DNA from: the human T2T-CHM13v2.0 reference genome, Homo sapiens
Strand: one strand, 5' to 3'
NCBI RefSeq assembly: GCF_009914755.1
Contig: NC_060937.1
Length of the DNA stretch: 64,000 nt
Shown one piece after another: positions 1 through 10,647 of the stretch. Within the stretch, counting starts at the first letter, position 1, and every line of letters starts with the position of its first letter. The notes under the pieces are model-generated. The model saw only the letters and a list, made by a program, of their open reading frames with translations, was not told the DNA's origin and did not search any database. The position numbers and the translations under genes are program-made.

Positions 1-59
1 TTTACTCAGAAACATTCCCGAGATTGTAATGGTGCACAAAGCTCTCCTGCATTTGCCGA

Positions 60-1002
60 ATGCAGTTCCGCTGCAGAACGTGTTGCCACCTCCACCTCCC
101 ACCCTTCAGGGGAATTCACAGCTTTCCAGTGGCTCACACATACGTACAGTTTTGTGAACATCCTTGTAAATGTTTCTTGGTGCGTATGTATGAGAACTTC
201 TCAAGGGCATACATTTAGAAATTGCTACGTTGTCAGGGGTACACATACTTAATTCTAAAATCTTCTCCAAAGTGGCTGTACCAATTTGCACACCCAGGAG
301 CAGGGCGTGAGACCACCCACCTGCTCCATGCCCTTGCCAGCATGGGATATTGTCAGCCTCTGTGGGTTTTGCCTGTGTGAAATGGTATCTCATGCTTGCC
401 TTGATTTGCTTTTCAAAGATCTCAGTCAATTTAAGGGTCCTTTCATTGTTTTTATGCCATTTGGATTTGCTTCTTTGTGAATTGGCCGTCTGTATATTTT
501 GCTCATTTTATAACCATTTGGTCTCTTTCTTATTGATTTGTTAAGGCTTCTTTACACCTTTTAGATAGATAATCTTTTGCTGGTTGGTTGTGTTGCAAAT
601 ATCTTTTCCCAATTTCTGGCTTGTCCTTTTACCCTCTTTTGGTAACTTTTGACAAAAAAAGAAATTTGTTAAATTAAATGTAGTTGATTTTATTAATCTT
701 TTCTTTTATGGTTAGTACTTTCAGTGTTTTGTTTAGGAAACCTTAGATTGTAGAGTTTGGCCTTTGACACCTGAACCTTCCATCCCTCTGGAATAAACTC
801 TTGTTTATGGTGTGAGGTTTTTACTTTCTTCTGTTTTTTTACATGGAGAGAAATTCTATTTCTCGAGGTATTGACCTTTTGTTGAATAGGGCCTCTTTCT
901 CTCGTGATCCTCCTGAGGTCCACAGGTCTCTTTCTGGGTTTGCACCCTTTTGTCTTTTTCTCCCTGTGCATAAGTGTCCCACCGTCTTAACTACTCTAAC
1001 TT
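60..1002 (-). mobile_element. Old LINE-1 (L1M-type) fragment, ORF2 3' end, antisense
   Basis: Antisense L1 hallmarks such as ttctccaaagtggctgtaccaatttgcac (~262-290); minus ORF 106..429 retains degenerate ORF2 C-terminal residues (MRYHFT, LLGVQIGTATLE). Boundaries approximate. Confidence 0.75.
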
Positions 1003-1545
1003 CGTACTGAGTTGGGGGTTGTTGCACTGCATTTGATTGGTGGGGCTGCTAAGCTGGGGCTGCATTTCCCAGAACCCCCACCCCGTACAAGGTCGCGGTG
1101 AACTAGGAAGGCAGAGCAGTGGCCGACACCCCACAGGCCCACTGGCCAGGTGTGGTGCCGGACAGACCCTCAGGTGTCGGCTCTGCCCAGCGTCCTCTTC
1201 CTCAGGGTCGGCCCTGCTGACAGCAGCCCCAGGCTGGCAACCGGACGCTGCGCTGGGACCTCCGGGAACGATCTCGAGGCACCCTCACCTCCCATGAGCC
1301 CCCCAGCAATCCTCGGTGTGCAGCTCTGCAGCTGGTGGCTCCAGCTTCCAGCCCCTCCCAGCTCTGACCTCCACACCTGCTCCGGTGCTGCCGCGGTGCT
1401 GACTGGTGACTTTCCTCTGAATCTACAGCTTCTGCTCTGAACCCAAATGCCTCCGTTTCCCCCACAAGTGCACGGTCTTACTGACTGAATAAATTCCTCA
1501 TCTCACAATATTCACGGAGGTTCTGATTGCACCATGACTAATACC
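1003..1545 (+). mobile_element. Old ERVL-class solo LTR (LTR40/LTR41-like) inserted in L1M
   Basis: GC-rich block interrupting T-rich L1; gctaagctggggctgcatttcccagaacccc near the start, AATAAA at ~1488, LTR-like end tctgattgcaccatgactaatac. Subfamily from memory. Confidence 0.55.
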
Positions 1546-1830
1546 TAAGTCTTGATGTGTGGCTGGGCTGTTCCAAGCCCTCACCATTATGTTTCTTGTT
1601 TAGAAACATCTAGGTTCTTCCTGCTCCTGGTCAGTCTCCTCAAATGTCTGTGTTGAGGTATTCATTAGAAATGCATTACATCTATAGAGCCAAGTGACGT
1701 CACTGACACCATTGTGATACTGAGTCTTCAAATGGTGGATGTTTATTTAGGTTTTCTTAATGTCACTGAACAGAGTGCTGCAGTTTTCTGCCGTAGCCGC
1801 GCATTGCTTGTCGGTTTATTCCCGAGAACT
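1546..1830 (-). mobile_element. Continuation of antisense L1M fragment
   Basis: Degenerate antisense L1 ORF2 sequence (tgcattacatctatag, atactgagtcttc, gtttatttaggttttctt) resumes after the LTR. Confidence 0.55.
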
Positions 1831-2571
1831 GTGCTATTTAATCCAGGCTAAGTCACACCGTAGTAACTGCTGTGTCAGAGCTCAGTTCTTAAAATGATAA
1901 AAGTTTATCTCTTGCTTTAACTGTGGGCTCCACTCAGTTTGTGACCCACAGTGACAGAGAAGACACCATCTCAATTGCTAGTCGCAATTTTATCCAGAAG
2001 GAAAGGAGCCTTCAGACTTCCGCCTGGAGGTGACACATGCACTTCCACTCACATTTCCTGGGCTGACGCCCGTCCCGGGGCTACCCCTGCTCTGCCAGTG
2101 TGTGTGGAGAGGGGAGGTGTTTCGGTTGGCAGCACTAAGCCCTAGCGATCCACACTTCTGGCCAGCAAGCACTGGGTCCCCTCCCTTCCTCTGTGCAGCC
2201 CAGCCCCATATCCCAGGGTGGTGTCCTGTCTCTGCATCCAGGGCTGAGTCCAGGATCTTTGAGCAATGCCCGGTAGCTTCTTCATCAGGCCCAGATCAAG
2301 CCCCTCAGAGCCCGGGGATCTGTGACCCAGCAAGTGTAGGATGTGTGCCCCTAACATCCAGTTGGCCATATAGGCAACCATGATGAATGGCCCCACTCGG
2401 AGCAAGGAGGACAGGCCGGGCCACAGTCACTGGTCTACAATAACCAGGCAGATGTGGTGTGGACCCGCTCCGGGCTGTCTCTTGATGAGGTCCTGGTCCT
2501 GCTCCTGGGGGTGGCTTGCTGCTTGTCGCCCTTCAAGGCACTGGGCCCCTCCTCTTGGGTGGTTCTTCTTT

Positions 2572-2967
2572 GGCATGGTTTGGACATTTGTCCCCTCTCA
2601 ATCTCATGTTGAAATGTAATCACCAGTGTTGGAGGTGAGGCCTGGCCGGAGGCGATGGGGTGGATCCCTGATGAACGGCTTGGCACCATTCCCTTGGTGA
2701 TGACTGAGTTCACGTGAGATCTGGCTGTTTAAAGTGTGTGGCACCTCCCCCTTCCCTCTCTTGCTCCCACTCCTGCCATATGAAGCACCTGCTCCTACTT
2801 TGCTTTCTGCCATGATTGGTAGCTCCCTGAGGCCTTCCCAGAAACCAAATAGATGCAGGCATCATGCGTGCACAGCCTGCCCAACAGTGAGCCAATTAAA
2901 TCTCTTTTCTTTATCAATTACTCATTCTCAGGTCCTCCTTCATAGCCATGCAAGAGTGGCCTAACAA
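2572..2967 (+). mobile_element. MaLR solo LTR (MSTB/MSTA-like)
   Basis: Starts ggcatggtttggacatttgtcccctc..aatctcatgttgaaatgtaat; contains gtgagatctggctgtttaaagtgtgtggcacctcccc and gtgagccaattaaatctcttttctttat; ends gcaagagtggcctaaca. Confidence 0.85.
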
Positions 2968-3662
2968 ACACATCCCTTTTCCATTCGCCTCCATGGCCAC
3001 ATTCACTGTGGGCATCAGATGCACTCCCTCCCAGACCCCTTCTTGTTTACAGATGGTGGATGCCAAGGGTCACTTTCATTCCCTAAAATCTTAGTCTCTC
3101 TTAGCCACAGTGTGTGGTTCTTTGGCAGTAAAGTCTTCAAGAGCTTAGTGAGCTGCTTCTCTGTTTGGTTCCACACAGCACACACATCAAGAGCTGCATG
3201 CTCAGCGACTCTGTAGGTCTTCCTAGTAGACTTGCCACGTTCCCTGGCTTCCTTACTCCTGTGGCCCTCAGCAGATAGGACTGACCTGTCTATTGGTATC
3301 ATGGGCTCTGCTGGGAGGCTGAAACCCTTGCCCTCTTCCGGGAGCCACTTAGTCCTTGCTAAAGGAGTCTCTAACCAAGGCAGCCTTTGGGGTTCCCTCA
3401 TGTGCTAGTCTATTAAGAGATGTTAACAATGAGTCTAGGGACCAAGCACTTGACCAGCCTTGCCTGAAAGGCTGAGATCCAAACAGTCGTGGCAGTTCAA
3501 AGCATTTCCAAGTTTACTTTTTACGCTATCAAGGGAGAAGCAACTGTCTGTTCCAATCCTACGAGTCCCTGAATTTGAGGGCTCTCTGCCCCTCTGAGTC
3601 CTGCCTGCCACTGACAAGCTTATCCCTTTCTTGTAATACTTTGTTGTACAGACACTGCCAAC

Positions 3663-4149
3663 TGCTGTGGCTAGAACTGTGTCCCCAAAAAGATATGACC
3701 GAGCCCTAATTCCCAGTATCCGCGAATGGGATTTTTTTTGGAAATAGTACCTTTGCAGATGTAATCAAGTCCAAATGAGCCACATGGGATTAGGGTGGGC
3801 CTAAACCCAGTCACTGGAGTTCTTATTAGAAGAGACGCAGAGACTCTCTGGGAAGATGCCACATGAAGATACAGGCACGGACTCACAGGGAGAAGGCCTT
3901 GTAAAGAAGGAGGCAGAGACCGGAGTGGGGCTGCCACAAGCCGAGAGAGGCCAGGTCCCTCTGGGAGCCTCCAGAAGCTAGGAAGAAACACAGAAGGGCT
4001 CCCCCAGGTCCTTCTGTGGCAGGGCGGGCTGCTGGCCACACCTTGATTTTGGACCCCTGGCCTCCTGAACTATGAGAGAATACATGTCTGTTCTCGGAGC
4101 CAGCCAGTGTATGGTACTTTTGCTACAACAGTGCTAGGAGACCAGTGCA
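3663..4149 (+). mobile_element. MaLR solo LTR (MLT1B/MLT1C-like)
   Basis: Starts tgctgtggctagaactgtgtccccaaaaagatatg; contains ctttgcagatgtaatcaag and cacaccttgattttggac..tggcctcctgaactatgagagaata; ends gtgctaggagaccagtgca. Confidence 0.85.
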
Positions 4150-4359
4150 CCAACCAATACCTGGTAGCAACACACATAACACACACGTGACCTGACTCTC
4201 TGGCTCCTCCAGAAGGACCTTCACCAAATGCTTTCTTCAGCACGATGTAGATGGCATCTTCTCAGCCTTCAGTAACAGTTGCCGGTCTTCAACTCACTAC
4301 TAAGACAATGCCAGGTATTTGAGGATTATTTTTTACCCTAGCATCTTTCTTCTATTTCT

Positions 4360-4692
4360 AGACTAGTGAGGATAAGGGTAGATTTCACTGCAGTAACAAA
4401 CAATGCCAAGTCTCAGTGACCTCAAGCAACAAATGCCCACTACGCATCTTTGCTTCTGAATACACAGGCTGCCTGGTGACGCTGCTCCAGCCAGGACCGG
4501 GGCTGATGGGGCAGCCCCACGTCAAACCTGCTGCCACTGCAGCGGGAGGCTGAGAACCGCTCACTGCCTCTTAATACGCACCCCTTCTGCTCATGGGGCC
4601 ACACTAAATTCAGTGGGGAAGGCCCATGTGATCCCCTGTGTGCTTGGCAAAAGAACTGGAAATATTTAGTGAACATCAACAATCACCACACA
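4360..4692 (-). mobile_element. Old MaLR LTR (MLT1J/K/L-like), antisense
   Basis: actagtgaggataagggtagatttcactgcagtaacaaacaatgccaagtctcagtgac resembles the reverse-complemented 3' end of old MLT1 LTRs. Confidence 0.55.
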
Positions 4693-4699
4693 AATTAAT

Positions 4700-5360
4700 G
4701 ATTTTGTTGTTGCTGCTGCTATTGCAAATGGTTTCTTTGAAAGTGGTATTTTCTACCTGTATTTTGCTGGTGAGTAAAAATGCAGTTGACTTCTGTACTG
4801 TGATCTTGATTTTGATTATGCAACCTTGCTTAGCGCTTGTGAAATATAAATATTTGTGCATTCTGCTAGGTTTTTTATGTAGATAATCACATTGTCTGCA
4901 GATTCCGACGGTATGTTTAAAAATTCTTTTCCTTATTAGCCCGTAAATCTTTTCTTTCTTCTCTTGACTGAATACACCAGGTAGGACTTTAAGCAGCACA
5001 TTGAGTGGAGTTGGTGATAGCTGGCATCCTTATTTTATCTCTGATTTTAAAGGTAACATTTCATAATTGTTTACTAAGAATGACCATTGTTGAAGGCTTG
5101 CAGTACAGACCCTCAATTCAGGTGAGGAAAATTCTTCCTATTTTTAATTTAGTGAAAGGTTAGCATTATATGATGTCGACAATTATCAAAGACTTTTCCT
5201 TCTCTATTGCAATAACTGTACTTTTTTTAAAAGTCTGTAAGTATTACAAATTAAGCTTATATATTATCTAAAGTAATAGCTTGCTTGGATCCCTGAGTTA
5301 AACACGGCTTGGTCAAGATGGATGATCACTTTACACACTGCTGGCTTAGGTTTGCTAATG
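4700..5360 (-). mobile_element. Old L1M fragment, antisense
   Basis: aaatgcagttgacttctgta, agataatcacattgtctgca, ggtgatagctggcatccttattttatctctgattttaaagg are typical antisense ORF2 remnants. Confidence 0.7.
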
Positions 5361-5609
5361 TGCCAGGCCCAGGGAGGGAGCTTGCTGAGGCACCGGATAC
5401 ACTTTCTTGAATAAAACTGATGCAGCCTCATGCTCATGGCTCCTATGGGTTAAGACATTGTTAATTACAAGACACAGCATCCATTTCATAACCGATTTTC
5501 AGGGGGAAACCCTTGCTGCATTACATATACATAATGCTTAATAAGACACATTCTAAGCATGGATGATGTAACCGCTGAGGAAAAGCAGATGCACACAGAT
5601 TATTCAATT

Positions 5610-5720
5610 AATGTAGTTTGGGGAGTCACTTCCTAATGTATTGAGCTTTAGTGTCTTCATTTGTCAAAGGAGGGGATGGATACTCTCTAAGGCACCCTCT
5701 GGATTTAAAATTCTATGATA
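5610..5720 (+). mobile_element. MIR/MIR3 SINE fragment
   Basis: agtcacttcc..gagctttagtgtcttcatttgtcaaagg..ctctaaggcaccctct..aaaattctatgat. Confidence 0.5.
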
Positions 5721-5862
5721 CCTTCTCCTCAATAATCCTAGACCGGAAGAACAACCCCACAGCCTCCTGGACCAGAGCCTTGAACTGTTCAATTTAAAAC
5801 AGTAGCCGAATAAGCTCCCACGAAAAGAGAAATGACAAAGTCAACAAGAGACTGTTCACAAA

Positions 5863-6193
5863 TGTATGAGTTCATTCTCGCATTGCTATAAGGAAATACC
5901 TGAGACCGGGTAACTGCTAAGAAAAGAGGTTTAATTGGCTCATGGTTCTGCAGGCTTTACAGGAAGCATGGCAGTGTCAGCTTCTGGGGAGGTCTCAGGA
6001 AGCTTCCAATTATGGCAGAAGGTGAAGCAGGAGGGGTGTCTCTCGTGGCCAGAGCAGGAGCAAGAGTGAGAAAAGGGAGGTACCACACAGTTTAAACAAA
6101 CAGATCTCACGAGAGCTCACTATCGTGATGACACTACCAAGGGGGATGGTGTTAAACCAGGGAAACCACCCCCATGACCTCATCCCCTCCCAC
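5863..6193 (-). mobile_element. MST (MaLR) LTR, antisense, left part, interrupted at 6193
   Basis: tgtatgagttcattctcgcattgctataaggaaatacctgagaccgggtaa..ggtttaattggctcatggttctgcaggct. Confidence 0.85.
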
Positions 6194-6302
6194 TGAGGCA
6201 GGAAAATAGGGTTTGGAGGCAGGGAACTTAAGGTCAATTCAGACTTCAGCTATGACAGGAGATATCCTCTCCACAGAGCCTACACTGTAAATGACTTTGT
6301 AA
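6194..6302 (+). mobile_element. 5' ~110 bp of an ERV1 MER4-group LTR (MER61/MER51-like) fused to LTR12
   Basis: tgaggcaggaaaatagggtttggaggcagggaacttaagg..cttcagctatgacagg..gtaaatgactttgtaa matches the recalled MER61/MER51-type LTR start; the rest of that LTR is absent. Confidence 0.6.
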
Positions 6303-7864
6303 TGAGAGGTGACTACGTGCTAGCAGCCCTCCCTCCGCTCTCGGCACCTCCTCGGCCTCGGTGTCCACTATGGCCACACTTGAGGAACCCTTCAGCCTGT
6401 GGCTGCACTGTGGGAGCCCCTCTCTGGGCTGGCTGAGGCCGGAGCTGGCTCCCTCTGCTTGCCGGGAGGTGTGGAGGGAGAGGCGTGGGTGGGAACCTGG
6501 GCTGCTCCGCAGCATGAGTTCCTGGTGGGTGTGTGGGCGCGGGCTCAGCAGCCCTGCACACTGAGCATGGGCCAGTGCCGCCGGCCCAGGGCAGTGACAG
6601 GCTTAGCACCTGGGCCAGCAGCTGCAGAGGGTGCACTGGGTCACCCCCCAGCACTGCCAGCCCACCTGCACAGTGCTCAAATTCTCACCGAGCGTCAGCC
6701 GCCTCCCCGCGGGGCAGGGCTCAGGACCTGCAGCCCACCATGCCCAACAACACTCCCCTAGCGCCCCCCCCCCAGTGCCCCCCCCAGCACTCCCCCATCC
6801 CCCATGGGCTCCCATGCAGCCTGATCCTCCCCAATAGGCACCGCCCCCTGCTCTGTGGTGCCGGTGGCGCAGGGTTCCATCGACCACCCAAGGGCTCAGA
6901 AGTGCAGGGGCACAGGCAAAGCCAGCTGGGCTCCTGAGGGGGGTGGGGACTTGCAGAACTTTTATGTCTAGCTAGAGGCTTGTATATGCACCAATCAGCA
7001 CTCTGTGTCTAGCTCAGGGTTCATGGATGCACCAATAAACACTCTGTATCTAGCTAATCTGGTGGGGACTTGGAGAACTTTTATGTCTAGCTAGAGGATT
7101 GTAAATGCACCAAACAGCACTCTGTGTCTACCTCAGGGATTGTAAACGAACCCATCAGCACTCTGTGTCTAGCTAAAGGTTTGTAAACGCACCAATCAGT
7201 GCTCTATGTCTAGCTAATCTAGTGGGGACTTGGAGAACTTTTATGTCCAGCTAGAGGATTGTAAATGCACCAATCACCACTCTGTGTCTAGCTCAGGGAT
7301 TGTAAACACGCCAATCAGCACCCTGTCAAAACAGACCAATCAGCTCTCTGTAAAATGGACCAATCAGCTCTCTGTAAAATGGACCTATCAGCAGGATGTG
7401 GGTGGGGCCAGATAAGGGAATAAAAGCAGGCTGACCAAGCCAGCGACGGCAAACCGCTCCCTCCGTTTCTGAAGTGTGGTGGGTTTGTTGTTTTGCTCTT
7501 TGAAATTAATCTTGCTGCTGATCATTCTTTGGGTCTGCACTACCTTAACAAGCTGTAATACTCACCAAGAAGGTCTGCAGCGTCATTTCTGAGGCCAGCG
7601 AGACCACGAATCCACCAGGAGGGATGAACGACTCCAGACGCGCCACCTTAAGAGCTGTGACACTCATCGTGAAGGTCTGTAGCTTCGCTGCTGAAGCCAG
7701 CAAGATCACGAACCAACCAGAAGAACGAAACTACGAACACGTCCAAACATCAGAAGGAACAAGCTTTGGACACATCATCTTTAAAAACTATAACACTCAC
7801 CACGAGTGTTTACGGCTTCATTCTTGAAGTCAGTGAGACCAAGAACCCACCACTTCCGGACACA
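6303..7864 (+). mobile_element. ERV9 solo LTR (LTR12C/D/E type), full length
   Basis: Starts tgagaggtgac..cgtgctagcagccctc; GC-rich U3; tandem gcaccaatcagcactctgtgtctagct repeats; U5 repeats aaggtctgcagc..ctgaggccagcgagaccacgaa; ends ttccggacaca. Confidence 0.95.
6985..7430 (+). promoter_or_regulatory. LTR12 U3 enhancer/promoter: tandem CCAAT (NF-Y) boxes, GATA site and AATAAA-type TATA box
   Basis: Repeated ACCAATCAG motifs; gtgggtggggccagataagggaataaaagc at ~7398-7427, the known ERV9 LTR promoter layout. Activity here is not shown. Confidence 0.7.
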
Positions 7865-7943
7865 CACCCAGTCCCCACCTCCAACACTGAGAATTGTAAT
7901 TGAACATGAGCTTCAGGTGAGGACACAGACCAAAACCATGGCA
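7865..7943 (-). mobile_element. MST LTR, antisense, right part, resuming after LTR12
   Basis: ccccacctccaacactgagaattgtaattgaacatgag..ggacacagaccaaaaccatggca continues the element interrupted at 6193. Confidence 0.8.
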
Positions 7944-8670
7944 ACAATGTTGCTGAAGAGCCAGGGAGAATGGGTTCTGAGGTCTGCTTCCTAAGGAACA
8001 GGACCTTTCATCCTGAAGGCTCAGCCCCCAATGGACGGCAGACGAAGAGGCCTGTGTGGGAACTGGCTAGCTGTGGGCGCTCCACGCGGTGGCTATGATG
8101 GGTGAAGCCCCCCAGCCTGCTTGTCTTCAGAAGGGCAGGAGGCCTAGCAGTTTTCTTCCCCGTTCTTATTCATAAAACTACTTGTACATGTTTACAGTTT
8201 TTTCTTTAATGGTGAAGTTACACCTCAGTGTGTTCATTATATTATTTCTGCATAAATAATAATGACCTTTATTGACAATAATTCTGTTTTGGACTAGAGG
8301 ATTAATAATTTTCTGATGTTTAATGTATGAAAAATTGTATATGATAGTTTTAATCACGTCTGACTTTAAAAATATTGTGCTTAGGATTGAAATTTGAGCA
8401 CATTAACTTGCCTCCTCTGTGTAAACAATTCCAAAACAGTCACTGTGGCACAAACTTTTTTTTTTTGGCTATTTGAAAAACACTCATATACAGGTTCTCA
8501 AATCTAAAAAAAGAAAAAAAAAGTTTATCTTGAGTATAAAAATGCATTGTGCCAGTTTTAGAATCTAATTGTTTTAATCTGTTTTTAAATGAACCTGATC
8601 TTTCACATTTAATTTTCCCTATTGACAGCAAGATTCAATGCCCTGATTTTTAGAAGCTTATGAAATGGGG

Positions 8671-8768
8671 ATAAAAAGCTTTCTAAATATCAAGGAGTAC
8701 TTACCAAAACCAGAATGTAATAAAAAGCTTTCTAAATATCAAGGAGTACTTACCAAAACCGGAATGTA
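8671..8768. repeat. 49-bp tandem duplication (2 copies)
   Basis: ataaaaagctttctaaatatcaaggagtacttaccaaaacc(a/g)gaatgta at 8671 and 8720, one mismatch. Confidence 0.95.
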
Positions 8769-9554
8769 AATGAAGTCGATGTACTGAAGAGCTGCCTTTA
8801 ATTTTATCTGACGTGTACTTGGGTTCTCTTTTTAAAAAATGGATCAAATATTTGGGACATGATTTGGGCTGTGCTTGGAACTGAAAGGCTCAGAAACGGC
8901 GAGGGCGTCCTCGGCCGTGCACACGCCATCAACACGCAAGCCGCTGCTGAGAGCCCCGGTGCTGTCCTTCATCCTGGAAAGCCTTTCCTAACCGGAGACT
9001 TCCAAATTGAAAATCGCAACGCTCTGTTGAAGAGAAGACAGAGCCCGTTCTTAGGCATTACAAAAATTATCCAACCTACTTTTAACATCAAACTCAGCGA
9101 ACCAGCCCAGAAACGAAGTAGGCAGCCGAGAAGCGGGCACACACCGTCCGTGCCTCTGCAGGTGCACTCGGGGCGCGAGGGAACAGCACCTCCCTCCAGA
9201 GCAGCCCCAGGCTCCCAGGCCTCACCCACAAGATTCCCTGCGTGCTCCTTGATTACCACCCCCGGCCCCAGCACACTCTTAACTTTCAGAAAATGGCTTT
9301 GTGACAATCCAGGCGCATCTGATCTCACAGGAGAACCACTCGACAGCGCGATGCTTGCGGTATTTACTCAGCATCGCTCTGCCCCACCGCACGTCGCCAG
9401 ATAACACCAGACAAGATTAGAGATGAGTCACAGAAAACCCTGGAGGATAAATTAATTACACTTTCTGTGTAATTCCTTTTGGCAAAAGAGAGCTCTAAAT
9501 GCTGTGACCGTTTCTAACATATAATAGTATCTCTAGCTGTGATGTTCCAATTAG

Positions 9555-9626
9555 CAAAAGTAGTGAGGAAGAATTGTTCAAAAGTAGTGAGGAAGAATTG
9601 TTCAAAAGTAGTGAGGAAGAATTGTT
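9555..9626. repeat. 24-bp tandem repeat x3 (perfect)
   Basis: caaaagtagtgaggaagaattgtt at 9555, 9579 and 9603. Confidence 0.95.
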
Positions 9627-9867
9627 CTACAGCATCCAGACAGAATTTCTGTTTTCTTTCTCTTTTGACACACTTCAAATCTCATTTAAAAGAGCCCACT
9701 CCCCATGTTCCAAACAAAAATCACTTACTAATTATTATAGTGATCTCTTATTCAAGTGACTTTTAAAGATGGGTCCAAAGGAAAGACCTTTAGCATCAAA
9801 AAGTACTACAGAATTTCAGTGTTCTCAAGGACACGACTGAGGTTCTGTCCACAATGTTTCTATGACT

Positions 9868-10036
9868 AGGAGAGAGAGGAAAGGAGGGAGGGAGGAAAGG
9901 AGGGAGGAAGGAAGGGAAGGAAGGAAAGAAACAAAGAGGAAGGGAAAGAGGGAAGGAAGGAAGTACAGAAGGAAAGAAGAAAAAGGGAGAGGGAGGAAAG
10001 GAAGTAAAAACAGAGGGATGGAGGGAAGGAGGAAGA
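9868..10036. repeat. GA-rich low-complexity tract
   Basis: Near-pure purine run of GGAA/GAGG units. Confidence 0.9.
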
Positions 10037-10387
10037 AGGAGGGAGGGAGAAGGAAACTTTTCTAATTAGATATTACAAAGCAGATTAGCACCAACTTAAA
10101 TTATCTTGTCCAATAAAACTCATGTTTTATTTTATGGAACAAAAATATTTTGATTATATTTGCAAAAGACAATAATGAGTACATAAATATCCTATAACTG
10201 TAAAAACTAATTAGCAGTTTCTTGTTAATTGGGCATTTAAAGTATTTAAAATTGCTGAGTTTAGTTGTGGTAATTAAATAATATTACATAGTTTTTAATT
10301 TCAGATTTGAGGTAAGCATCTATTGTTACATTAGATTTTTTGGTTTTGGATTGTTTTTTATTTTTGTTTTTACTGAACCCCCTAGAA

Positions 10388-10647
10388 CAATGCTTCTCTA
10401 GTGATCTCTGGGGAAGTGCCAGTTTGTTTTCTAACTTCAATCCATTGACGACCCTACATTGTAAGATGAAATAAAAATAAATTACTAGAAAAATGAAAAA
10501 CAGAAAATACAAGTTCTAATCAAAATAAATGTAATATGACAAATCCCTGAAAAGCTGTCTAAGCTTTCTCTCAATTTCTGCACTTGCTGTGGAGTGACCA
10601 ACAATTCGGGTCCCAACCCATCTGAAAGCCACATGTTGAGCCGTGTA
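10388..10647. mobile_element. hAT-Charlie non-autonomous DNA transposon (MITE)
   Basis: Begins caatgcttctc after a ccctagaa target-like site and is followed by cctagag; internal aaataaattactagaaaaatga and ctctcaatttctgcactt resemble Charlie MITEs. Confidence 0.55.

Noticed and set aside
9862-10065. R/K/E/G-rich 67-aa ORF
   Set aside because: Translation of a GA-rich low-complexity tract.
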